The position numbers and the translations under genes are program-made. Under the pieces are notes generated by a model. It was not told the DNA's origin. It did not search any database and saw only the letters and a program-made list of their open reading frames with translations. Shown piece after piece: positions 21,340 through 28,073 of a stretch of 28,073 nucleotides of DNA. The number at the start of each line of letters is the position of its first letter. The first letter of the stretch is position 1. Origin of the DNA: a virus; IMG/VR virus record IMGVR_UViG_3300021255_001591, positions 1 through 28,073 of that record. The stretch is one strand, 5' to 3'.

Positions 21340-21954
21340 ACAGTTGCACCTCCAATTCTTCTATATTGTATGTTCCGTATTCTTTTTCTTTGGTTAATAT
21401 TTCGTATACGCTTTCGGGTTTGTTCCTTCCCTTTTGTCCGTCTTTCGTTTTAGCCCAGACAAGCCAACTCAAGCGATCCACTATCAAACTTAGCAAGGTT
21501 TGCTCGATTGTAAGCTTTTGCTTCGATAACGTTTTCATTAAACGGCTATCTGCCGGAAGTCCACATGCAAGAGTGGCTATTAAAACAACGTTGTAATCCG
21601 TATAATTGTAAATATTATAATATTGAGCTAAATCGCATATCAATTCTTCCTCGTTGGTTGCGATAATCCCCCCGAGGGTTATTATTTTTTTATTTTGCTG
21701 TCTTTTCCTATCTGCTCTATAATATCCGTTATTTCTTCGGAAATCTTTCCGGTGTCCGCTATTCCGTCTACGGTGCAATGTTCTATCAATTCTGTATCAT
21801 CGCCGATAAGTAAATCCACCAAATCAAAGAGGGCGGAGGCACTGATCAAAGGGTCCTTTGATTTTGTTTTTGCTATAGCCTTTACAAATCTGTAGTCGTT
21901 TAACATCTTTTCATTAACTTCACATTGAAATCCTGTTTTTGTTGTTATTTTCAT
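21323..21954 (-). CDS. Tail assembly chaperone G-T fusion made by -1 programmed ribosomal frameshift
   Basis: The G frame ends ATA AAA AAA TAA. The A AAA AAA heptamer is at 21691-21685. The -1 frame continues ...KK/IITLGGIIATNEEE... to 21323 and overlaps the tape measure start. Confidence 0.8.
21682..21954 (-). CDS. Tail assembly chaperone (gpG-like)
   Basis: 90 aa and acidic. It lies between the major tail protein and the tape measure. SD taggagg precedes the start. Confidence 0.8.
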   Translation of the reverse strand: MKITTKTGFQCEVNEKMLNDYRFVKAIAKTKSKDPLISASALFDLVDLLIGDDTELIEHCTVDGIADTGKISEEITDIIEQIGKDSKIKK

Positions 21955-21965
21955 ATTTTCCTCCT

Positions 21966-21998
21966 ATAAAAAAACACCCTCCCTCAATAGAGGAAGGG
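21966..21998 (-). terminator. Intrinsic terminator after the major tail protein gene
   Basis: In minus sense, cccttcctc-tatt-gagggaggg forms a 9-bp stem with one G-U pair and is followed by tgttttttta. Confidence 0.7.
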
Positions 21999-22012
21999 TA
22001 AAATTTGTTGGA

Positions 22013-22555
22013 TCAGTCTGCTATATATTCGTAGTGTGTTACTCCGGTCGCATCGGGTAAGCAGGTGATTGTGACATCATACTTGATGATATCGTTGTCC
22101 ACATAGGTAATGTCGCCCACTTCGGTTACTACGCCGTTGGGAACCACAATTCTTTTAAGTGTCCCCTCTCGGAGTACCATGTCAAACACATAGGCGTGAG
22201 CTTCAAGAGCCGCCTGTGTAGCCTGTACGGTTATGTCTGTAGTTCCCGTTACCTTGGTATCACCATAAACAACTTTTAAAGCATCGGCGTTCTTCGATTC
22301 GATCAAGCTAAACGCAAAAGTATCGTCTCTGGTCTGTTGTTTTACCAGTACCACATCGCCGCCCCATGCGTGTACTACCTCAGTGTCGGGACTGTTTGAA
22401 TTTGTCAAACCGTCTTCCGACACATAACCGAGTGCTGTAAACCCTGTAAGCGCATCGCTTGCACTTGTCGGCATCGTTGCGGTGGTGGGTGCTATATGTA
22501 TAGCTCCGCTTGCTTTCGCTTTACCTGTACTAACGTTTTCAACTGTATTTGCCAT
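22013..22555 (-). CDS. Major tail protein (phi13/TP901-1-like)
   Basis: 180 aa. The N-terminal pattern GKAKASGAIHIAPTTATMPT...LTGFTALGYVSEDGLT is typical of Phage_tail_2-family major tail proteins. It lies upstream of the chaperones. Confidence 0.8.
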   Translation of the reverse strand: MANTVENVSTGKAKASGAIHIAPTTATMPTSASDALTGFTALGYVSEDGLTNSNSPDTEVVHAWGGDVVLVKQQTRDDTFAFSLIESKNADALKVVYGDTKVTGTTDITVQATQAALEAHAYVFDMVLREGTLKRIVVPNGVVTEVGDITYVDNDIIKYDVTITCLPDATGVTHYEYIAD

Positions 22556-22568
22556 TTAATCACTCCTT

Positions 22569-22898
22569 TCAGTAGTGTACGATATCGTACACGGATTGAT
22601 ATCTGTATTCTTTTGTCTCCGGGTCTGTAAAATTGGATGAGCTGTTGAGCTTGATCGAAGATATATTGTGATGCTCGGTGCTTAAAAGAGTATTTTTGAC
22701 TTGCTCATCAAGCTCAGCAGCATAAAGAAGGCTATCGGCGTAACTCTGTACGGCTATTCTCGAACGGTACAAAATCCCGTGTTCCTCGCAACTTTGTCCA
22801 ATCCGCTCTAAAAGTACCCATTGCTTAGGTGCTTTCGGAGGTCTTTCCGTAAAGCATTTATAATCCGATAAAACGGATAATAAATCTTTTTCTATCAT
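22569..22898 (-). CDS. Tail terminator / tail completion protein (positional)
   Basis: 109 aa, immediately upstream of the major tail protein gene. Confidence 0.5.
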   Translation of the reverse strand: MIEKDLLSVLSDYKCFTERPPKAPKQWVLLERIGQSCEEHGILYRSRIAVQSYADSLLYAAELDEQVKNTLLSTEHHNISSIKLNSSSNFTDPETKEYRYQSVYDIVHY

Positions 22899-23137
22899 TC
22901 GCTCACCGCCTTCAATAATGTGTTGTGCCTATAGTTGTCTCGCTTCGCCTCGGGGGTAACGGGAGCCACAGAAACATTGATTCTGTGTTTACCGGTAAAT
23001 GTGTTTGTTTCGTAGCCTGCTCCTGCTTTGTTTGCTACTCCTTCGGCAACTTTTTCACAATACTCTTTTACTTCCTCGGCTTTCAATATCTCACTGCTCA
23101 CATTGGCTTGTACAAGCTTAATTTTCGTCTTGCTCAT
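22895..23137 (-). CDS. Head-tail joining protein (HK97 gp10-like position)
   Basis: 80 aa from the ATG at 23137 (gagagga upstream). The track start at 23155 is a TTG. Confidence 0.5.
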   Translation of the reverse strand: MSKTKIKLVQANVSSEILKAEEVKEYCEKVAEGVANKAGAGYETNTFTGKHRINVSVAPVTPEAKRDNYRHNTLLKAVSE

Positions 23138-23483
23138 ATTCACCAATCCTCTCAATTTTTACCTTCTTGTTCCATTTCAAGGGTATATTGCTTTCTATTC
23201 CTGCCGTGGGATAGCCAATTGTCCTATATGTTCCCTCAAAAGGTGCCGGCAACGTTACCTTTGCGTTTACCCAGTTGTGTGCATCGCCTTTCGGTATCGC
23301 TAATAAATATGCCACCCGTTTGCCATACAAATTATAGGTATCCGTAATGTCTTGTGTGGAAGGTTCTCCAACAAGCACATTTTCAACGGTGCTTGTGGTG
23401 TAAACCGTTGTCGGATGATTGAACTCATCAACCGCACCTCCGGAAGGTTCATGTATCGTTACCGATATTCCTTGTATATCCAT
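23118..23483 (-). CDS. Head closure / head-tail adaptor protein (SPP1 gp16-like position)
   Basis: 121 aa in the conserved connector gene order. Confidence 0.55.
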   Translation of the reverse strand: MDIQGISVTIHEPSGGAVDEFNHPTTVYTTSTVENVLVGEPSTQDITDTYNLYGKRVAYLLAIPKGDAHNWVNAKVTLPAPFEGTYRTIGYPTAGIESNIPLKWNKKVKIERIGEYEQDEN

Positions 23484-23484
23484 T

Positions 23485-23889
23485 TCAGCTCTCTCCCCTC
23501 ATAAGCTCTGCCATATCTATGCCGTATAACCTCTGCCGGAGGAAGCCCAGCTCTTTTAATTCGGCTTTTGTGATATACAAAGTTTGTCCACGGTTTGAAT
23601 ATTGCGTTGTAAGCGAGTAGCCCATGGCCGATTGTGTAAAACCCGTAACGGTGGAAGGTGCCGATGTGTCGGTAGTAGTATCCACTGCTCTATGTGCCGC
23701 ATTTATACATACAGACTTTACGATTTCGAGATAATCTTCGTCCTCTACCGCCGTGACAATATCAAAATTGTACTTTTTTGCAAGCACATTTATTTTCGCT
23801 GAAGCCGTTTGGAGGTACCCCTCGATCATCGCTGCCTCGCTTGCCTGATATGGATAATACACGGCATAATCTGTCAATTCCGCATACAT
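23485..23889 (-). CDS. Head-tail connector protein (gp6-like position)
   Basis: 134 aa. It is the first large gene after the capsid gene. SD aaggaggtg precedes the start. Confidence 0.55.
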   Translation of the reverse strand: MYAELTDYAVYYPYQASEAAMIEGYLQTASAKINVLAKKYNFDIVTAVEDEDYLEIVKSVCINAAHRAVDTTTDTSAPSTVTGFTQSAMGYSLTTQYSNRGQTLYITKAELKELGFLRQRLYGIDMAELMRGES

Positions 23890-23905
23890 TACGGCACCTC
23901 CTTAA

Positions 23906-24064
23906 TTACTTTTTTACCGTTCTTTTCTTTGGCGGCTTGGTTTCAGATACCGCCGTTTCGCTGGCGGTATCCTTTTCATCTGTAACAGCTTCATAACCTT
24001 CCCAATTAAGAGGCATTTCGCATGTTACAATTCTACCGGTATTTTTTTGTTTGTATATAAACAT
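23906..24064 (-). CDS. Hypothetical 52-aa protein between capsid and connector genes (below ORF-track cutoff)
   Basis: Hand translation gives MFIYKQKNTGRIVTCEMPLNWEGYEAVTDEKDTASETAVSETKPPKKRTVKK. The SD is weak. Confidence 0.35.
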   Translation of the reverse strand: MFIYKQKNTGRIVTCEMPLNWEGYEAVTDEKDTASETAVSETKPPKKRTVKK

Positions 24065-24076
24065 CCAATCACGCCC

Positions 24077-24964
24077 TTATTGCGATACTATCTTCGCAAA
24101 AGCTCCGGCATTGAGCACAGCCCATCCGATATACGCTTCCGCTCTGATGTAGATCTGATTGTATCGTTTAAGGTCTCCGTTGTTATCGGGATCACCGTAA
24201 GGGATTATTTCCATGGGGATCTCTTTTGCGAAACCCCACTTGAAATAATCAAAGTCACCGACAATGGCAAGGTCCTTATTGTTTGTGCCGTAAGAAACGG
24301 TGTTGTTTACCTCTACAGGCATACCGTTAAGGACTTGATTGTCTTTAGTTGACCATGTTAATTCGGGGAACATCTTAGCTCCGTTGGAAGTGGTAATCTT
24401 GGCAAGAGCAGATCTGTAAGCCTTGCTCATAATAATTCCGTTTATGTCAAACTTATCTGAGGTATCAAAAAGTGCAAGAGCATCCTCAACATCCTCATTT
24501 TCACTGCCTGCTGTTGTTGTTACGGAGTTCACGGTCTGATCGATATAGTTGGTAATAATTGCAGCGGTTGTTCCTGTTCTGGGGTTGAAACCATGCATAG
24601 CCATGATATCTAAGCCTCTACCAACTTTCTTGGCGAAGCCGTCAGTAAATTTTGATAAAATTTCAATCTGCTGCTCTTGACTGGCGAACATAAATTCATC
24701 GGAAACTCTGAAACCGTACTCTACCTTTTTGGGAGATATAGTAACCGCTGTGATCGAAGGATCGCCGCTTGATTTTGCTCCATTTTCGTCAACAAGGTTT
24801 ACTTCATCGTCCATGTTAAAAACGAAAACTTTGTTGCCAACGAACGAGACGGGAGATGCAGCAGCAAGTCGTGCAAGTGAAGAGTGTCCGCCCACCTTTC
24901 CAAAAACTTCTTTTGTCAGAATTTCGGGGAAAAGAGCCCCTTTAGACAGATTAGCTGTAGGCAT
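24077..24964 (-). CDS. Major capsid protein (HK97 fold)
   Basis: 295 aa. It follows the scaffold gene and has typical Phage_capsid-family features (...GFRVSDEF..., ...NGMPVEV..., C-terminal ...YIGWAVLNAGAFAKI). Confidence 0.85.
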   Translation of the reverse strand: MPTANLSKGALFPEILTKEVFGKVGGHSSLARLAAASPVSFVGNKVFVFNMDDEVNLVDENGAKSSGDPSITAVTISPKKVEYGFRVSDEFMFASQEQQIEILSKFTDGFAKKVGRGLDIMAMHGFNPRTGTTAAIITNYIDQTVNSVTTTAGSENEDVEDALALFDTSDKFDINGIIMSKAYRSALAKITTSNGAKMFPELTWSTKDNQVLNGMPVEVNNTVSYGTNNKDLAIVGDFDYFKWGFAKEIPMEIIPYGDPDNNGDLKRYNQIYIRAEAYIGWAVLNAGAFAKIVSQ

Positions 24965-24986
24965 AAAACCTACCTCCTTTCGTGTT

Positions 24987-25466
24987 TTACTTTGTTAATG
25001 CACTTAATAACTCTTGCAGGCCGTTGTTTTCGGGCTCATGCGTATTGTTTTGCGCAATGGGCTGTTGAGGTGACAGCAAGCTGCGGAGCTTAGCCGCAGA
25101 TTGGGCAAGTTCCTCATCGGTGTCGCCTTGGAGAAATTCAACGGCGCTTGCCGGAAGGTTGCTTTCTGTCGCAACCTTTTGTTTAAGAGCGTTTTTTGCA
25201 TACATTTCATTTTCTGTTTGTAATTTCTTGTACTTTTCAGCAAGTTCCGAACTGCTCTTTTCTGCTTCTTGGTACTTCTCGGTCAGTTCTTCAAGTTGCT
25301 TGCTTATAGTACTTATTTGATTTGTTACTTCCTCGGATTTCTTCTTTTCACGGTTCACACGCTCTTGAATGATTCTGTTGAGTTGTTCCTGTGAAGTAAT
25401 TGGTTTGAAATCCGTGTTTCCCTCGTTTAAAGGTTCGAGTTCCTTGTTTTCAGCATTTTCAGCCAT
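24987..25466 (-). CDS. Capsid scaffolding protein (DUF4355-like)
   Basis: 159 aa from the ATG at 25466 (SD aaaaggagga). It has the TSQEQLNRIIQERVNREKKK motif and a coiled-coil acidic sequence. It lies upstream of the capsid gene. Confidence 0.8.
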   Translation of the reverse strand: MAENAENKELEPLNEGNTDFKPITSQEQLNRIIQERVNREKKKSEEVTNQISTISKQLEELTEKYQEAEKSSSELAEKYKKLQTENEMYAKNALKQKVATESNLPASAVEFLQGDTDEELAQSAAKLRSLLSPQQPIAQNNTHEPENNGLQELLSALTK

Positions 25467-25502
25467 GTTTATTTCCTCCTTTTGCCTCTTGAGTATGAGT
25501 AA

Positions 25503-25529
25503 ATATAAAAAAAGAGCCAAAGGCTCTTT
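25503..25529 (-). terminator. Intrinsic terminator between the head-module LRR gene and the scaffold gene
   Basis: In minus sense, aaagagcc-ttt-ggctcttt is followed by ttttatattt. Confidence 0.55.
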
Positions 25530-25536
25530 AGTTATC

Positions 25537-26235
25537 TTATACGTATATATCTCCCAACCATCTAATCAAAACATCGGGGGGGATACTTTCTGTGTCGAAA
25601 GTAACATTTAATTTTGAATTGTCTATATTTATCTTTTCTATTGACGAATTGTAACAAACCCCTGAGCTTATCGAGGTACAGCTTTCGGGAATGTTTAGTA
25701 TCTCCACCGCCGAGCGTGCGAAAGGTGCGTAGCCTACGCTTTGAATACCTCCCATTACAACGTTTTTCAAAGCGGTACATCCTTCAAACATATAATCGCT
25801 TATTCTCGTTATTCCATCGGCGATGAAATTCACAATTTCGGTGCAGTTTCCGAGAAAACTTTGTCCTACCGTTTTGACGGTATCGGGCAAAACTAAGATT
25901 CCCCCATGATAGTAAAGTTTTTCGATATGGAAACAAGTCGAGGGAAAACTCACACTTTTTAGCATGGGATAAGGTTTGGAGGCAGTGAAGATCGTCATTC
26001 CCTCCGATATGTTCATCTCTGTTACATCCGACACATCTATACTGTAATCAAGTCCGGGACCAAATGCACCCGTGCCGGATATGGTCAGTACAGAGCCTTT
26101 TTTCTCCCATGCGAAATTTCCTGTCGTTCCTCTTGAAACAGGTACCGGAGAAAGCATGTCAACAATATTGTAAGCTTCCCCATCCTCTCCTATAAATCTG
26201 CCGGAATGGGGTTCCATTTCGTTAATGTTTGGCAT
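25537..26235 (-). CDS. BspA-like LRR protein with N-terminal module shared with ORF 4851-5054 (head-module insertion)
   Basis: 232 aa from the ATG at 26235 (SD aaaggagtg), 5 nt after the stop codon of 26241-26969. The N-terminus is MPNINEMEPHSGRFIGEDGEAYNIVDML. The LRR_5-like repeats include ISDYMFEGCTALKNVVMGGIQSVGYAPF and ILNIPESCTSISSG. Confidence 0.7.
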   Translation of the reverse strand: MPNINEMEPHSGRFIGEDGEAYNIVDMLSPVPVSRGTTGNFAWEKKGSVLTISGTGAFGPGLDYSIDVSDVTEMNISEGMTIFTASKPYPMLKSVSFPSTCFHIEKLYYHGGILVLPDTVKTVGQSFLGNCTEIVNFIADGITRISDYMFEGCTALKNVVMGGIQSVGYAPFARSAVEILNIPESCTSISSGVCYNSSIEKINIDNSKLNVTFDTESIPPDVLIRWLGDIYV

Positions 26236-26240
26236 TTTGT

Positions 26241-26969
26241 TCACTCCTTTCGGTTTGTACCACTTTCCATCTCTTTTGCAAGAGCAATTCTTTCCTCTCT
26301 TCCGGAAGTCGCTGCAAGCTTTTCCTGTGTTCTCACGTCCTTCATATAGTTGGAAATTTTCTGTCTTTTCCCTTTGCTCGGGTAAAAGTCTATTGTGCAA
26401 ACACAACCCTCATGTCTTGCATATATTCCCTTTGCTTTTGCTTCCTCGGGCGTGTAGGTTCCTGCAAGGCTTGCGCACCAACTGCAACAATTAGGTTCCG
26501 TTCTTCTTACAACCTTTGCATTAAATCCTGCTTTTGCCTGTTTTTCGGCATTTACCTGTATAATATCGGTATTTACCGATTGCAAAAAGTTCTTGGAACC
26601 TGTTGAGAGTAAAGCAAGAGAGCCCGCAGCAAGCAAACCCTTAAGCCGATTTTCGCTGTATCTTGTTTTTGCGGCTTTCATGTTTATGTCCGCTCGCTTG
26701 TTCAAGCTCTCTTGTGCTAAATAGGTATAATATTTTATTTCTTTTGCCGATGTTCTTTCAAGCTCTTTTATTTCCTTGTATTCTTCATCGGAGAGAGTAA
26801 AGTCTTCATCGGCGGCGTCACTTTTGTATTCTTGTATAAGTTTTCTTACAAGCTCCCCAATTAATTCGGCATAACGGTTGCTATCATTATGGTCGGGGTT
26901 TCGTTTGTTTTTTAAAGCTTGCAGCTCTTCATTCTTTTCAAATTCTTTCCAAAACCTTTCAGACAGCAC
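26241..26969 (-). CDS. Head morphogenesis protein (SPP1 gp7 / Mu F-like minor capsid protein)
   Basis: 242 aa, immediately after the portal. The motif is NCCSWCASLAGTYTPEEAK...ARHEGCVCTIDF. Confidence 0.75.
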   Translation of the reverse strand: MLSERFWKEFEKNEELQALKNKRNPDHNDSNRYAELIGELVRKLIQEYKSDAADEDFTLSDEEYKEIKELERTSAKEIKYYTYLAQESLNKRADINMKAAKTRYSENRLKGLLAAGSLALLSTGSKNFLQSVNTDIIQVNAEKQAKAGFNAKVVRRTEPNCCSWCASLAGTYTPEEAKAKGIYARHEGCVCTIDFYPSKGKRQKISNYMKDVRTQEKLAATSGREERIALAKEMESGTNRKE

Positions 26970-26975
26970 TCTCTA

Positions 26976-28073
26976 TCACCTGCCTAAGAACGTGTTTAAG
27001 CTCTCCTCCGTAAAGTATTCGGGAATAGCCTGGTTTATTTTGTTGATCGCATCGCCCATTCCGCTCATGTCGCTTGGCGTTACCTCAAAAATAGGATGCC
27101 ATATTGCTTTGTAATCCGAAAATACATCTCGTGAGTATGCATAATCGTCGCGCAATGCCGCCGCCGTGTATGCAATGTTCAAAAAAGACGATGTAAAGGT
27201 GCGTTGTGCTTTGGTAGCCATAAGCCTTAAATTTTCATGGCCTGCCTTGATAGCCTCAGCACTTGACGGGTTATCGGTAGAAAAGCCCAAATCGTCAAGT
27301 GTCAATCCACATTCCCCTGCAAACATGGAAGCTATACTTTTCAGTTGGTCGATATAGGGTGCCATTGTCTGCTGTTGAAACTGTCCTATCGCAGGCTTGT
27401 CGCCGTCTTCGTCTTTGGTTATCTGTAAGAATGTTGACATGTACATTCGGAATGTATCCTCGGTCGCATTATCTTCCGAGAGTCCCAACAAATACTTTTG
27501 AGGGTATGAATAAAACTCTCCCGAAACGTCCGCCCGTAGCATTGTTCTTTTAGCTGTGTCTTGCAAATACATACAACTGCGGCTTATTCTTGAATGTCCG
27601 AAGGGTCGTTTTGCATCGGGTTTGTAAATTATAGGAACAAGCTGCGCTGCTACGGTTTTATCTGTCCATTCTTTGTTGTTTTCAATGTCAAAGTAAACTG
27701 TTTCCGCTGGTGTGAAGTATGCTTCAAGTGCGGGAGCTCCTTTGGCATCTCTCTTAAGAACCGCATAACCCTCGTCAAGTAAATTCGTTATAGGGTTAAT
27801 GTTGCCCGTAGCATTTGAACCGTCTATCACCTGTAGTGAAATGTTATCTCCCTGCTTTGAAATATAAGCAAAGCAGCAAGCAGAAATCAGTGCCGATAAT
27901 ATTGCACTATCAAAAAATATGTCCGGGTTGTTTCGTTTAAAAATATCATTTACCGCAAAAACGTCTCCCTGTTCATCTTCCAAGCGCTCAAAGCTCAGCC
28001 TATCGGCAAGGCTGTCCACCGCTTTTGTGCACCAACCGCTCACGGCTTGAAATTGTATTTGCAAGCTTGTCGG
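26976..28073 (-). CDS. Portal protein (SPP1 gp6-like), C-terminal 3/4; N-terminus wraps to 1-218
   Basis: This is a large ORF running off the window edge. It is continuous with the 1-218 frame through the 107-bp overlap. It lies upstream of the head morphogenesis, scaffold and capsid genes. Confidence 0.85.
   Translation of the reverse strand, partial: PTSLQIQFQAVSGWCTKAVDSLADRLSFERLEDEQGDVFAVNDIFKRNNPDIFFDSAILSALISACCFAYISKQGDNISLQVIDGSNATGNINPITNLLDEGYAVLKRDAKGAPALEAYFTPAETVYFDIENNKEWTDKTVAAQLVPIIYKPDAKRPFGHSRISRSCMYLQDTAKRTMLRADVSGEFYSYPQKYLLGLSEDNATEDTFRMYMSTFLQITKDEDGDKPAIGQFQQQTMAPYIDQLKSIASMFAGECGLTLDDLGFSTDNPSSAEAIKAGHENLRLMATKAQRTFTSSFLNIAYTAAALRDDYAYSRDVFSDYKAIWHPIFEVTPSDMSGMGDAINKINQAIPEYFTEESLNTFLGR
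27967..28073. repeat. Terminal direct repeat copy 2 (identical to 1-107)
   Basis: Direct comparison of the window ends shows 107/107 identity. Confidence 0.95.

Larger units (their letters stand above)
1..28073. mobile_element. Complete temperate tailed-phage (siphovirus-like) genome, circular assembly with 107-bp end overlap (unique length 27,966 bp)
   Basis: All phage modules are present (lysogeny, replication, packaging, lysis, head, tail). The window ends are identical over 107 bp. The portal reading frame is continuous across the junction. Confidence 0.9.

Noticed and set aside
15937-26235. A second DGR variable region in the two LRR genes or elsewhere
   Set aside because: By eye I found no further copy of the conserved TR ends (ggacgaacgccattgct or ggcgacat context) outside 3251-3339 and 3944-4032. 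The C-termini of both LRR proteins do not resemble the TR. An exhaustive computational TR-versus-genome alignment would be needed to be certain.
25537-26406. Long 289-aa version of the LRR ORF overlapping the head morphogenesis gene by 166 nt
   Set aside because: The extension is a basic, low-complexity out-of-frame read of the upstream gene. An internal ATG at 26235 has a strong SD, and the shared N-terminal module begins exactly there.

Overview
This window is a complete, circularly closed genome of a small temperate siphovirus-like phage or excised prophage. The gene content suggests a low-GC Gram-positive host, probably Clostridia- or Bacilli-like. Bases 1-107 are identical to 27967-28073, so the unique length is 27,966 bp and the portal gene is split across the window ends.

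Most genes lie on the minus strand, in this order:
- early and replication genes (12904 down to 7483), including ssb and a replisome organizer with internal iterons
- a sigma-r4-like late regulator
- a promoter-leader-terminator unit
- HNH endonuclease, a small Zn-ribbon protein and TerL
- a complete diversity-generating retroelement (DGR) plus the lysis cassette, unusually placed between TerL and portal
- portal, head morphogenesis protein, a BspA-like LRR gene, scaffold, HK97-fold capsid and head-tail connectors
- major tail protein, G/G-T chaperones with a canonical -1 slippery site, tape measure and distal tail genes
- a second BspA-like LRR protein, the likely receptor-binding protein

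The plus strand carries the lysogeny module (XRE repressor without a visible autocleavage domain, tyrosine integrase). It also carries a self-contained moron (small GNAT plus a protein with an RHH-like tail).

The main finding is the DGR. Its 89-nt TR and VR differ at 18 positions, all of them TR adenines. It is associated with a 28-aa N-terminal module that is duplicated on an LRR protein in the head module.

Other points worth follow-up are the late-operon control architecture with embedded intrinsic terminators, candidate ori, cos and attP elements, and a split small ORF. All functional calls come from motif recognition by eye. No database search was run.
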